Positions 18,580 through 28,324 of a stretch of DNA of 64,000 bases are shown here, in pieces. Every line of letters starts with the position of its first letter. Within the stretch, counting starts at the first letter, position 1. The notes under the pieces are model-generated. The model saw nothing but the letters and a program-made list of their open reading frames with translations. It did not search any database and was not told the origin of the DNA. Where the stretch lies: assembly GCA_005893275.1 (NCBI GenBank), contig VBOW01000032.1, positions 10,088 to 74,087 of the forward strand. The letters run 5' to 3'. The translations under genes and the position numbers were made by a program. Source of the DNA: Candidatus Eiseniibacteriota bacterium (lineage in GTDB: Bacteria > Eisenbacteria > RBG-16-71-46 > SZUA-252).

Positions 18580-19851
18580 TTGCCGCGCCGCGTGATCGCG
18601 GAGTACCTCCGTCGGGTCCGCGGCGCCGGTAGGAACGCGCGGCTCTACCTCTACGGCCTCTTCCTCTGGGGATTGGGCCAGTCGATCTTCTCGCTTCTCT
18701 TCAATCTATACCTGCGCGAGCTGGGGTGGAGCGATTCCGGCATCGGGCAGATCCTCTCCAAGGTCTCGCTCGGCGCCGCGGTCGCGGCCCTGCCCGTCGC
18801 GTTTCTCTTCCGCCGCGTCGCCACCCGGCGGCTTCTGGTCGTCGCGGGGGCGCTCGCCGCGCTCACCTATCTACTCCAAGGGACCCTCGCCGCGCCGGAA
18901 TGGCTGCTCCTCGCGGCATTCGTCTCCGGCATGGTCGTGACGATCTTCCGGCTCTCCATCGCCCCCGTCGTGATGCGCGAGGTGAGCGCCGAATCGCGCC
19001 CGTATCTCTTCAGCGGGGCCTTCACCGTGCTTTTCCTGTCGGCGATCGTGGGCTCCATGTTGGGAGGCGCGCTGCCGCACCTCTTTCACCTCCTGACCGG
19101 GAGCACCCGGCTGACGCTGAGATGGTCGCTCTGGGCGGCGTGCGCGCTGACGCTCCTCGCGTCGATCCCGTTTCATCGAATGGAAACGGCCGGCCCCTCG
19201 CCGGGGAAGGGAATGCCGCCGACCGCCTGGGATCAGATCCGCGAGCTGGCCGAGGTGGACTGGGGGCTCCAGCTCAAGCTCGCGCTGCCGGCCACGCTCA
19301 TCGGCCTGGGGGCCGGGCTCATTATTCCGTTTCTCAATCTCTACTTCCGCGACCGGTTCGGGCTGACGCCGGCCGGAATCGGGGTGCTCTTCTCGGTGAT
19401 GCAGGGATTCATGGTGGCGGGGAATCTTTTCGGTCCGGCGGTGTCACGCCGGCTCGGGCTCGTGCGCGGCGTCGTATTGACCCAGCTCGCGTCCGTTCCC
19501 TTCATGGTGGCGCTCGCCCTTTCGGGCTCCTTCCCGGTCGTGGTCGCGTCCTTTTTTCTCCGGAGCGGCCTCATGAACATGAACCAGCCGCTCACCACCC
19601 ACTTCGCGATGGAGGTTGTGCCCGAGCGCGAGCACGCGATCACGAACAGCCTGCTTTCGCTCGCCTGGTTCGTGGCCTGGAGCGTGAGCGCCGATATCGG
19701 CGGCACCCTGATCGAACGCCGCGGGTACACCGAGCCTCTCCTCCTGGCAGCTCTTCTCTATGTCCTCGCCTCGGTCCTCTATTGGCTTTTCTTCCATAGG
19801 GTTGCGGAGGTGAGGGTCCCCCGGTCCGAGGTCGAGCTACCCGACGCCTGA
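18580..19851 (+). CDS. MFS transporter
   Basis: 12-TM hydrophobic profile. TTG at 18580 lies 5 nt after GGAGG; GTG 18592 is the alternative start. The listed upstream M start overlaps the MPP gene and looks spurious. Confidence 0.7.
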   Translation: MPRRVIAEYLRRVRGAGRNARLYLYGLFLWGLGQSIFSLLFNLYLRELGWSDSGIGQILSKVSLGAAVAALPVAFLFRRVATRRLLVVAGALAALTYLLQGTLAAPEWLLLAAFVSGMVVTIFRLSIAPVVMREVSAESRPYLFSGAFTVLFLSAIVGSMLGGALPHLFHLLTGSTRLTLRWSLWAACALTLLASIPFHRMETAGPSPGKGMPPTAWDQIRELAEVDWGLQLKLALPATLIGLGAGLIIPFLNLYFRDRFGLTPAGIGVLFSVMQGFMVAGNLFGPAVSRRLGLVRGVVLTQLASVPFMVALALSGSFPVVVASFFLRSGLMNMNQPLTTHFAMEVVPEREHAITNSLLSLAWFVAWSVSADIGGTLIERRGYTEPLLLAALLYVLASVLYWLFFHRVAEVRVPRSEVELPDA

Positions 19852-19998
19852 GCCCCTTTTGGGCGCGCTCAAGGTTCCCGCCGGGGATGCCGATATCTAC
19901 ATCCGTCTAGGTCAAGGGGACCGCGCGGCATCGCCGTCGCGGCGCGGTCGCGGGATGGGCGGAAGGAGTCACTTCGTTCATGTAAGGGGGAACACGCA

Positions 19999-20595
19999 AT
20001 GAATCGGACTCGGTTTGCCTTGGCTCCATTCACGTTCGTGTTGGTCACGGCGTTTGCCGCAGCGGCTTGGGCTACGCCCAGCGTAGGCACGCTGGAAATC
20101 AGCGGTGGCTACGCGAAGTCCTCGCTGGAAGCGGCCTCTCCTTTCTCCACCGATTCACCCAGCGGCGGGATCTCCTTCGGCGCTGGCTACTTCCGCAGCA
20201 TCGCCCCCAAGACGTCGTGGGGCATCGAGGCCGCGTACGACAATCTAGGGTCCATAGACTGGACGGACGGCACGGATAACTACACCAGCTCCGTCAGCAT
20301 GGTGCGCGTGACCCCGGAATTCAGGATGAATTTCGGCGCCCCGGTGGGCCCGAGCTTCTTCGCCCAGGCGGGTGGCGGTTACTACGGCGTGTCGGTCAAG
20401 GAAGCGGACAATACGACGTCGACCGAGCTGAGCGCCAGCGATGGGAAATTCGGCTTCAACTTTGGCGCGGGCGTCGGATTCCCGATGGGGCCGAAGACGA
20501 AGCTCAACATTCAGGGAAACTACCACTCGGTCTCGACCGAAGGGCAGAGCACGAACTATCTCGGCTTCCGCGCCGGGCTAGCGCTCAATCTGTAA
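19999..20595 (+). CDS. outer-membrane beta-barrel protein (OmpW/OmpA-like) with signal peptide
   Basis: MNRTRFALAPFTFVLVTAFAAAAWA signal. Alternating aromatic/Gly beta-strands ending ...GFRAGLALNL. SD-like AAGGGGG upstream. Confidence 0.75.
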   Translation: MNRTRFALAPFTFVLVTAFAAAAWATPSVGTLEISGGYAKSSLEAASPFSTDSPSGGISFGAGYFRSIAPKTSWGIEAAYDNLGSIDWTDGTDNYTSSVSMVRVTPEFRMNFGAPVGPSFFAQAGGGYYGVSVKEADNTTSTELSASDGKFGFNFGAGVGFPMGPKTKLNIQGNYHSVSTEGQSTNYLGFRAGLALNL

Positions 20596-20620
20596 TCGCA
20601 GACGGTAGTATAGGATTCAT

Positions 20621-20655
20621 GGGGGGACGCCCGACGGCGTCCCCCCGATTTTTTT
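20621..20655. terminator. intrinsic terminator between convergent genes: perfect 11-bp GC stem (GGGGGGACGCC/GGCGTCCCCCC), 4-nt loop, T7 run
   Basis: Sequence 20621..20655 reads ggggggacgcc cgac ggcgtcccccc gattttttt. Confidence 0.85.
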
Positions 20656-20687
20656 GCGGAGGAGCTGAGCAGCGGATGGGAGACGGA

Positions 20688-22100
20688 CTACGCCCCGCCG
20701 GGGTGGGTCATCCCCTCCGGGGAGAACACCTTCGCGATCTGCTCCTCGGTCATGAGCTTCTTCTCCCGAACCAGATCCACGACCGTCTTCCCCGTCTTCA
20801 GCGATTCCTTCGCGATCTCCGCCGCCTTGAGATAGCCGATGTGGGGATTGAGGGCGGTCGCGAGCGCCGTCGAGCGCTCGAAGTAGCGGCGGCAGACCTC
20901 CTCGTTCGCCGTGATCCCGTCGATGCACTTCTCGCGCAGTCCCTGGAGCGCCGGGGCAAGGATCGCTAGCGCGCGGGTGAGGTCGTGGGCGATGACCGGC
21001 ATCATCACGTTCAGCTCGAGCTGGCCCGCCTGGGAAGCGTAGGCGATGGTGGTGTCGTAGCCGATCACCTGGAAGCAGACCATGTTGGTCATCTCGAGCA
21101 TCACCGGATTCACTTTGCCCGGCATGATCGAGGAGCCCGGTTGGACCGCGGGCAGCAGGATCTCGTAGAGGCCTGTGGTCGGGCCGCTCGCGAGAAGCCT
21201 TAGGTCGTTCGCGATCCGCGTGAGATCGAGGCAGAAGCCGCGGAGGTCGGAAGATACCCGGACGAACGGCGCCATGCTCTGCATGGCCTCGAACAGGTTC
21301 TTCGCGGGATGGAACGGCGCGCCGGTCAGCGCGGCGATGTGCTTCACAGCGCGCGCGCGATACTCGGGGTGCGCGTTGATGCCGGTTCCCGCCGCGTTTC
21401 CCCCGAGCCCCAGCGCGAGCAATCCCTCCCGGCTCCGCCCGAGCGATTCCGCCCATCCCGAAACGGAGGCCTCGTATCCGGAGAACTCCTGCCCCAGGGT
21501 GACCGGCACTGCATCTTGTAGATGCGTCCGACCCGCTTTGAGCACGTGCGAGAACGCCTTCGCGCGGGAAGCGAGCGAGCGGGCGAGCGCCGACATCTCC
21601 TCGAGTACCGGACCGATCAGGGTGTAGGCCGCGAGGCGAATCGCGGTCGGAACCACGTCGTTCGTGGACTGGGCCATGTTGACGTGGTCGTTCGGGCTCA
21701 CGAGCGTCGTGTCCCCTCGTGCTCCGCCGAGAATCTCGCACGCGCGGTTCGCGATTACCTCGTTCACGTTCATGTGGAAGGAGGTTCCGGCGCCCGCCTG
21801 ATAGGCGTCGACCACGAAGTCCCTGTCGAATGTTCCGGCGAGCACCTCCTCGGCGGCCTGGAGGATGGCCTCACCCTTCTTCCGGTCGAGCGCGCCCACT
21901 TCCATGTTGGCGCGGGCGGCCGCGATCTTGACGCGCGCCGCGGCCCGCACCATCTCGACATGGAGGCGCTCGCCGCTGATCGGGAAGTTCCGGACCGCGC
22001 GGGCGGTCTGGACGCCGTAGTAGGCGTCGGCGGGGACTTCGAGCGTCCCCAGGGAATCGCGCTCGATCCGGGTCTTCGGCCGTGAGGTCACGTCAGGCAA
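20688..22100 (-). CDS. aspA: aspartate ammonia-lyase (class II fumarase/aspartase family)
   Basis: GSSIMPGKVNP signature. SPNDHVNMAQSTNDVVPTA and the TRIERDSLGTLEVPADAYYG N-terminus match AspA better than FumC. Confidence 0.8.
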   Translation of the reverse strand: MPDVTSRPKTRIERDSLGTLEVPADAYYGVQTARAVRNFPISGERLHVEMVRAAARVKIAAARANMEVGALDRKKGEAILQAAEEVLAGTFDRDFVVDAYQAGAGTSFHMNVNEVIANRACEILGGARGDTTLVSPNDHVNMAQSTNDVVPTAIRLAAYTLIGPVLEEMSALARSLASRAKAFSHVLKAGRTHLQDAVPVTLGQEFSGYEASVSGWAESLGRSREGLLALGLGGNAAGTGINAHPEYRARAVKHIAALTGAPFHPAKNLFEAMQSMAPFVRVSSDLRGFCLDLTRIANDLRLLASGPTTGLYEILLPAVQPGSSIMPGKVNPVMLEMTNMVCFQVIGYDTTIAYASQAGQLELNVMMPVIAHDLTRALAILAPALQGLREKCIDGITANEEVCRRYFERSTALATALNPHIGYLKAAEIAKESLKTGKTVVDLVREKKLMTEEQIAKVFSPEGMTHPGGA

Positions 22101-22788
22101 GGAGCGTCTCCTGCACCGGGGAATTCCAGGGAGCCTCGACGACCGGACGATCCCAGACCCCGGCGAACGACTCGCGCAGCCGCGCGAGCACCTCGCGGCG
22201 GGGCGGGGCTTCGCCGAGCAGCGTGCGAAGCGAGCCGACCCCCAAATGGCGGATGCCGCACGGGTGGATCCAGTCGAAGTGGCCGAGATCGGGGTCCACG
22301 TTGAGCGCGAATCCGTGGAAGGTGATCCAGCGCCGGACCGCGACCCCGATTGCCGCGACCTTCCGGTCGCCGACCCACACCCCGGTGTAGGGAGGGCGGC
22401 GCGTGGCGCGCAGACCGTACGCCGCGATCGCGCGGATCAGGACTTCCTCCAGGTCTCGAAGGTACCGGTGCAGGTCGCGTCCCGAGGGAAGGCCCGAAAG
22501 GGCGAGGATGGGGTAGGCCACGACCTGGCCGGGGCCGTGATAGGTGACGTCCCCGCCGCGCTCGACCGGGACGATGTCGACCCCGCGCGCGCGAAGCTCA
22601 CCATCGGACGCCCGGAGGCTCTCCGCGCGGCCCGCGCGCCCGACCGTGAGGACCGGGTCGTGCTCGACGAAGTAGATCGCGTCGCCGCACGCGTCCGAGG
22701 CCCGGGCGGTCACGGCGCGGCGCTGAACCTCGAGCGCCTCCCGGTAGGGCACCCGTCCCAAGTCGTACGCCGCGATGGGCGAGGTCAT
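22093..22788 (-). CDS. lipB: lipoyl(octanoyl) transferase
   Basis: LipB catalytic region (RGGDVTYHGPGQ ... C-x ... HPCG). Overlaps aspA by 8 nt. Confidence 0.85.
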   Translation of the reverse strand: MTSPIAAYDLGRVPYREALEVQRRAVTARASDACGDAIYFVEHDPVLTVGRAGRAESLRASDGELRARGVDIVPVERGGDVTYHGPGQVVAYPILALSGLPSGRDLHRYLRDLEEVLIRAIAAYGLRATRRPPYTGVWVGDRKVAAIGVAVRRWITFHGFALNVDPDLGHFDWIHPCGIRHLGVGSLRTLLGEAPPRREVLARLRESFAGVWDRPVVEAPWNSPVQETLLA

Positions 22789-22795
22789 GCGGGCC

Positions 22796-24154
22796 TCAGA
22801 TGGAATCGAGCAGCCAGCTCTCGGCGTCTTCGAGCAGCTCCTTCACGCGGTGGAGGAACTGGACCGCGGGGGTCCCGTCCACCAGGCGGTGATCGAAGCT
22901 CAGGACGAGGGTCATCATGTTGCGAATCACGATCCGGTGATCGCGGACCACGGGGCGCTCCTGGATCAGGTGAACGCCCAGGACCCCCACCTCGGGGTAG
23001 TTGATGATCGGCGTCGACGCGGTCGCGCCGAACATGCCGGCGTTCGTGATCGTGAACGTCCCGCCCTGGATGTCGTTCAGGGTGAGCTTGTCCGCGCGCG
23101 CCCGGTGGCCGAGGTCTTCGATCTCCTGCGCGAGCTGGAGCAGGGTCTTTCGGTCCGCATCGTGCACCACGGGGACGATGAGCCCCTGGTCGCGATGCAC
23201 GGCGACGCCGATGTTGTAGAACTTCTTGTAGTGGACCTCGGTCTCGGTCATCGACGCGTTCAGGATCGGAAACTCCCGCAGCGCCCGCACGACGGCCTTC
23301 ATGATGAACGGCATGTACGTGAGGTTGACGCCGTAGGTGCTCTTGATCCTTTCCTTGAGACGCGCCCTCATTTCCACGAGCGCGGTCATGTCCACCTCAT
23401 CCCACGTGGAGCAATGGGCCGCCGAGTGTCTCGAGCGGAGCATGTTCTCCGCGATCTTCTTGCGCACGTTGGTGAGCGGCTGGACCACCTCCTCCCGCGA
23501 GCCGGGTGGCGCGAAGGCGGGGGCGGGGATCGGCTTCAGGGGCTTGGGGGGCGCTGCCGCGGGAGCCCGTCCGGGAGCGCTGCCCGGCGCCGCTTGGGGG
23601 GCGGGCGCGCCGGCTCCGGCCGACGCGGCGATCCTCCCCGCCTCGATGTGGTTCAAGACGTCCTCGCGCGTCACGCGGCCGCCCATGCCGCTGCCGCGAA
23701 TGCTCGAGAGATCGAGGCTATTTTCTCGTAGAAGCTTTCGCACCGCGGGCGAAACCCTCTGGTCGTCGCCCGATGGGGCCTCGGCGACCGCGGTTCCCGC
23801 CCGCGCGGGGGCGGGCTCACGCGCGGGAGCCGGGGGCTGCCCGGGCGCCGGCGGGCGCGCGCCTGGTTGCGGCCCTCCCGCGGGCGCCGCCTGGGCCCCG
23901 GCGGAAAGCGACTCACCAGCCTGGAGGATCACGCCGAGCTGCTGGCCTACCTGGGCGACCGTCCCTTCCGGAACCGTGATCTTGCCGAGGGTGCCCGCGG
24001 CGGGGGCGGGGAGCTCGATATTGATCTTGTCGGTGATGATCTCGACGATCGGCTCGTCTTTGGCGATCGGCTCGCCTTCTTTCTTCAGCCACTTGCCGAC
24101 CGTCCCCTCGACGACGCTCTCGCCCAGCTGCGGCACAACGATCGTGACGGGCAT
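22796..24154 (-). CDS. dihydrolipoamide acyltransferase (E2) of a 2-oxoacid dehydrogenase complex
   Basis: N-terminal lipoyl domain (EIITDKINIELPAPAAG), Ala/Pro linker, E3-binding domain, and catalytic DHRLVDG motif. Confidence 0.9.
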   Translation of the reverse strand: MPVTIVVPQLGESVVEGTVGKWLKKEGEPIAKDEPIVEIITDKINIELPAPAAGTLGKITVPEGTVAQVGQQLGVILQAGESLSAGAQAAPAGGPQPGARPPAPGQPPAPAREPAPARAGTAVAEAPSGDDQRVSPAVRKLLRENSLDLSSIRGSGMGGRVTREDVLNHIEAGRIAASAGAGAPAPQAAPGSAPGRAPAAAPPKPLKPIPAPAFAPPGSREEVVQPLTNVRKKIAENMLRSRHSAAHCSTWDEVDMTALVEMRARLKERIKSTYGVNLTYMPFIMKAVVRALREFPILNASMTETEVHYKKFYNIGVAVHRDQGLIVPVVHDADRKTLLQLAQEIEDLGHRARADKLTLNDIQGGTFTITNAGMFGATASTPIINYPEVGVLGVHLIQERPVVRDHRIVIRNMMTLVLSFDHRLVDGTPAVQFLHRVKELLEDAESWLLDSI

Positions 24155-24187
24155 CCCTTCCTCCGGCCCAGGTCCCGCGGGACCCGG

Positions 24188-25222
24188 TTAGTAAGCGACT
24201 GTTTCGCGGATCGCCTGCGCGATCCGGTTTGCGTCGGGAAGATACGTTTCCGCGAGCGTAGGCGCGAACGGCTCCTGCGGCGCGTCGGGCGGCGACACGC
24301 GCCGCACCGGTGCATCGAGGAAGGAGAAGCCATCCTCGGCGATCATCGCGCCGATCTCCGCGCCGACCCCCATCGTCTTGGAGCTTTCGTAGACAACGAC
24401 CACCCGCGCCGTCTTCTCTACCGACGTCAAGATGGTCTCCTTGTCGTAGGGAAGCAGGGTGCGAAGGTCGATCACCTCGACCTCGATCCCTTCCGCCGAG
24501 AGCTTCTCGGCGGCTTCGAGGGACCGATGGAGCATGAGCGCGTAGGACACCACCGAAACGTGTTTTCCTTCGCGCACCACGGCCGCCTTGCCGAGCGGCA
24601 CGGTGTAGTCGTGGGTGGGCACGGGTCCCTTGATCGTGCGGTAGAGGCGCTTGTGCTCGTAGTAGAGCACGGGATTCTGGCCGCGGAACGCCGATTTCAA
24701 GAGCCCCTTGGCGTCGTATGGGGTCGCCGGGGTGACCACGACGAGCCCGGGGCAGTGCATGAACCAGGCCTGATTCGCCTGCGAATGGAAGAGCCCGCCG
24801 CCAACCGCTCCGCCATAGCAGCAGCGGATGACCATGGGGCAGGTGAACATTCCGCCCGAGCGGTAGCGCATCTTGGCGGCGTGCTCCACGATCCCGTCCA
24901 TGGCGAGCGTTATGAAATCGTCGAACTGGATCTCTGGAGAAGGGATCAGCCCCGCGATCGACGCGCCGACGGCACCTTCGACCAGGAAGTTCTCCGAGAT
25001 CGGGCTGTCGATGACCCGCATGGGGCCGAACTTTTCGTAGAGGCCCCTCGTCGCCTTGAACACCCCGCCGTAACCCGCGATGTCTTCGCCGATGAGGAAG
25101 ATGCGCTCGTCCCGCTGCATTTCCTCCATGAGGCCTTCGGTGATGGCCTCGATGTACGTCATGGTCTTCACGTCGGAGCTGATGGCTCCGGGGCCCGGTT
25201 TGGCCGTTTCCGTCATCTTCAT
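24188..25222 (-). CDS. 2-oxoacid (pyruvate/acetoin-type) dehydrogenase E1 component beta subunit
   Basis: Transketolase-like pyrimidine-binding and C-terminal domains. ATG at 25222 overlaps the upstream stop (ATGA). The alternative start is MTYIEA at 25162. Confidence 0.85.
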   Translation of the reverse strand: MKMTETAKPGPGAISSDVKTMTYIEAITEGLMEEMQRDERIFLIGEDIAGYGGVFKATRGLYEKFGPMRVIDSPISENFLVEGAVGASIAGLIPSPEIQFDDFITLAMDGIVEHAAKMRYRSGGMFTCPMVIRCCYGGAVGGGLFHSQANQAWFMHCPGLVVVTPATPYDAKGLLKSAFRGQNPVLYYEHKRLYRTIKGPVPTHDYTVPLGKAAVVREGKHVSVVSYALMLHRSLEAAEKLSAEGIEVEVIDLRTLLPYDKETILTSVEKTARVVVVYESSKTMGVGAEIGAMIAEDGFSFLDAPVRRVSPPDAPQEPFAPTLAETYLPDANRIAQAIRETVAY

Positions 25223-25680
25223 CGCTGCTGGATCTCCGTTGGTGTTTCGTCCTGGGGCAGGCCGCGGAGCCGCTCCGCCCTTCTCGCTTCCGCCGCGCGC
25301 CCTTCGCGCTTTTCTTCCTCCGTCTCGTAGAGGAGCGGTGGCACCGGTACGGGGCGGCCGGCTTTGTCGACCGCGACGAACGTCAAATACGCCGTGCTCG
25401 TCCGCCGGCGCTCTCCGCTCAGCAGATCCTCGCTTTGCACGTCGACCCGGATCTCCATGGAGGTCCGGCCGGCATAGGTCATGCGCGCCGCGATCAGGGC
25501 CATCTGGCCGACCCGGATCGGAGCCAGGAACGAGACCTCGTCCATCGACGCGGTCACCGCCTCGGTCCTACAATGGCGATGCGCCACGATGGCTGCCGCC
25601 ATGTCAATCCAGTGGAGCACCCTGCCGCCGAGGACGTTTCCCATCGTGTTCGCGTCGTTCGGCAGAACGAGCTCGACCAT
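25219..25680 (-). CDS. hotdog-fold acyl-CoA thioesterase (YciA-like)
   Basis: LPNDANTMGNVLGGRVLHWIDMAAAIVA matches the YciA/acyl-CoA hydrolase N-terminus. 153 aa. Confidence 0.75.
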   Translation of the reverse strand: MVELVLPNDANTMGNVLGGRVLHWIDMAAAIVAHRHCRTEAVTASMDEVSFLAPIRVGQMALIAARMTYAGRTSMEIRVDVQSEDLLSGERRRTSTAYLTFVAVDKAGRPVPVPPLLYETEEEKREGRAAEARRAERLRGLPQDETPTEIQQR

Positions 25681-25717
25681 TTCGACCCGCGTCTCCCGCG
25701 GGGTCTTGCCCCCCTGC

Positions 25718-26686
25718 TTAGGCGAGCGGGGCGTACACGTCCTCCAGGATCTCGTGGGGCTCGGGGTGCGGGCTCTTCTCCGCGAACTCGATCGCCTCCT
25801 CGATCTCCCTCTCGATCCGCTGGACCGTCGCCTGCTTGTACGACTCGTCGATGATCCCGCGCTCCATCAGAACCTTCTCGAACCGGGGGACCGGATCGCG
25901 TTTTTTCCAGTACTCGAGCTCTTCCTGGGTCCGGTAGTTGGCGGGGTCGATTTCCGAATGCCCGTACCACCGGTAGGTCTTCATCTCGATCAGCGTCGGG
26001 CCTTCCCCGCGACGGGCGCGACGGATCGCGTCCTGCGAGGTCTCGTAGGTCACGAGGAGATCGTTCCCGTCGATCGTGACGCCGGGGAAGCCGTAGGCCT
26101 TCGCGCGTTCCGAAACGTCCTCGACGGGCACGCCGAGCGACGCCGGCACCGACTCGGCCCAGAGATTGTTCTGCACGACGAAGACGCAGTTCAGCTTGTG
26201 AATGCCCGCGAAGTTCAGGGCTTCGTGCCATGCCCCGTTCGAGGTGGCTCCCTCCCCGACGAAGCAGACCGCCACGTTGTCCTTCTTCTGGAACTTGTAG
26301 GCGAGCGCGCACCCGGTGGCGATCACGGTCTGGGCGGCGATCGTGGATGCGGGGGTGATGATCCCGAGGGGTTTCCATCCATAGTGGCAGGGGTGGGACT
26401 TCCCCCGATCCGGGCTGTCCTTACGCGCGAAGAGCTCCGCCATGACGTATTTGAGCGGCATCCCCTTCGTGATGGCGGCGCCCATCTCACGATGTTGAAT
26501 CCCGATCGTATCTTCCGGCCGAAGGCCGTAGCAGGGACCCACCACGGTGGCTTCCTGCCCCACTGCGCTGAAGTAGGTGCCGTGAAACCGGCCCTGCTTG
26601 AAGAGCTTTCGACAGCGCTCGTCGGTTGTGCGGACTAGAGTTAGGTAGTAATAGAGCCCTTTCAGCTCGTCATTGGATACGGGCAT
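25718..26686 (-). CDS. 2-oxoacid (pyruvate/acetoin-type) dehydrogenase E1 component alpha subunit
   Basis: TPP-binding GEGATSNGAWHEALNFA and YRWYGHSEID phosphorylation-loop-like motif. Start at MPVSND (ATG 26686) with GAGGAGGA directly upstream. Confidence 0.85.
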   Translation of the reverse strand: MPVSNDELKGLYYYLTLVRTTDERCRKLFKQGRFHGTYFSAVGQEATVVGPCYGLRPEDTIGIQHREMGAAITKGMPLKYVMAELFARKDSPDRGKSHPCHYGWKPLGIITPASTIAAQTVIATGCALAYKFQKKDNVAVCFVGEGATSNGAWHEALNFAGIHKLNCVFVVQNNLWAESVPASLGVPVEDVSERAKAYGFPGVTIDGNDLLVTYETSQDAIRRARRGEGPTLIEMKTYRWYGHSEIDPANYRTQEELEYWKKRDPVPRFEKVLMERGIIDESYKQATVQRIEREIEEAIEFAEKSPHPEPHEILEDVYAPLA

Positions 26687-26916
26687 GCATCCTCCTCGAT
26701 CTACCTCGGGCGCTTTGCCGATCGGAGTCGGGAAAGCGCCGGACACCAGCCGGTTACGCTAACACACGCCGGCGGACCTTCCAATGGGCATCGAACCCCG
26801 CGATCCACGCATCGTATATAGATGTAACATCCCTATTTTCATTTCGATTCGCCCGCAGCGCTGGTATCATCGTGCGCCCCATAAGGTATGGAGGCGTTCC
26901 GTCCCAGGGAGATTAG

Positions 26917-27996
26917 ATGAGCGAAACGGTCATAACGGAGTCCAACGTCTTGGACGCGCTCCGGTCGGTCATGGATCCGGACCTCCGCCGGGATATCGTC
27001 TCGCTCAACTTCGTCCGCAACATGAAGATCGAAGGCGGAACGGTGTCCTTCGATGTGAACCTGACCACCCCCGCGTGCCCGGTCAAGGACCGCCTTAGGG
27101 AGCAATCGCGTCAGGCGGTGCTGGAACACGTTCCGGGAGTCAAGGATGTGCGCGTGAACATGACCGCCGAAGTGCGCCGGCCGCCCGCCCCCGAGACCAG
27201 CCGGATCCGCGGCGTCAAGAACATCGTCGCCGTCGGAAGCGGGAAGGGGGGCGTCGGAAAATCCACCGTGGCCGCGAACGTGGCCGTCTCGCTCGCCCGG
27301 AGCGGCGCGAAGGTGGGCCTTCTGGACGCGGACATCTACGGACCCAGCATCCCGATCATGATGCGCTCGCAGGAAGAGCCGGAAATCCGGGAACAAGTGA
27401 TCCAGCCGGTCGACGCGCACGGTGTCAAGCTCATGTCGATGGGATACCTGAGCGGGGAGATGCCGCTCATCTGGCGCGGACCGATGGCGCACAAGGCGCT
27501 TCAACAGAGTCTCCTCGGGGTGAACTGGGGGGACCTCGACTACTTGGTCGTGGACCTGCCGCCCGGAACCGGGGACGTCCACCTCACGCTCGTCCAGACC
27601 GTGCCCGTGACCGGTGCCGTGATCGTCTCCACGCCCCAGGACGTGGGGCTCCAAATTTCGATGAAGACGCTCCGGATGTTCCAGCAGACGAAGGTGCCCC
27701 TCCTGGGCGTCATCGAGAACATGAGCTACTACATCTGCCCGCACTGCGGTGGGCGGGACGAGATCTTCGGTCACGGCGGCGCGGCGCGCGCCGCGGAGTC
27801 GCTGGGCGTGCCGTTCCTCGGCGAGATCCCGCTCGACCCCGCGATACGAAAACACAGCGACACCGGAACGCCGGTCGTGCTCGCGCAGCCCGAGTCCGCC
27901 TCGGGGCGCGCATTCGCGGAGGTCACGGGGAAGCTGGCGCAGCAGGTCAGCATCCAGGCGTTCCGAAGCGTTCCTCTCACGATCGTCGAGGAGTAG
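26917..27996 (+). CDS. mrp: Mrp/ApbC Fe-S cluster carrier ATPase
   Basis: N-terminal DUF59-like domain, Walker A GKGGVGKST, and the CPHCG cluster-ligand motif. Confidence 0.9.
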   Translation: MSETVITESNVLDALRSVMDPDLRRDIVSLNFVRNMKIEGGTVSFDVNLTTPACPVKDRLREQSRQAVLEHVPGVKDVRVNMTAEVRRPPAPETSRIRGVKNIVAVGSGKGGVGKSTVAANVAVSLARSGAKVGLLDADIYGPSIPIMMRSQEEPEIREQVIQPVDAHGVKLMSMGYLSGEMPLIWRGPMAHKALQQSLLGVNWGDLDYLVVDLPPGTGDVHLTLVQTVPVTGAVIVSTPQDVGLQISMKTLRMFQQTKVPLLGVIENMSYYICPHCGGRDEIFGHGGAARAAESLGVPFLGEIPLDPAIRKHSDTGTPVVLAQPESASGRAFAEVTGKLAQQVSIQAFRSVPLTIVEE

Positions 27997-27997
27997 C

Positions 27998-28324
27998 GTG
28001 CTCACGGCTCCCGAGGAGCGGGCGACGCCCGCCGAGATCAGGAAGAAAAGCGGCGAGTCGATCGCCATTCGGTGGACCGACGGACACGCGAGCACCTTCG
28101 GCGCCCGCTATCTGAGGGGCCGCTGCCCCTGCGCGCAATGCGTGAGCGAGACGTCGGGGGAGCGGCTGGTGTCGGAGGAGCACATCCGCCCCGATATCGC
28201 GATCGAGGCGGCGCGAACGGTCGGGAACTACGCGCTCCACTTTTCATTCAGCGACGGCCATACCACCGGCATCTACAGCTTCGACTACCTGAGACGGGTC
28301 TGCCCGTGCGAGGACTGCGCATGA
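27998..28324 (+). CDS. DUF971-like small Cys-rich protein (two CPCxxC motifs)
   Basis: GTG at 27998 (GAGGAG 5 nt upstream) begins VLTAPEERATP.... Contains CPCAQC and CPCEDC. The family call (gamma-butyrobetaine hydroxylase N-terminal-like) is from memory. Confidence 0.5.
   Translation: MLTAPEERATPAEIRKKSGESIAIRWTDGHASTFGARYLRGRCPCAQCVSETSGERLVSEEHIRPDIAIEAARTVGNYALHFSFSDGHTTGIYSFDYLRRVCPCEDCA

Noticed and set aside
26700-26790. tRNA-like GGTTCGA-type motif (minus strand) in the E1alpha/mrp divergent intergenic region
   Set aside because: No acceptor stem or anticodon arm could be built, and no cloverleaf is apparent. It is more likely promoter DNA; the region is the most AT-rich in the window.
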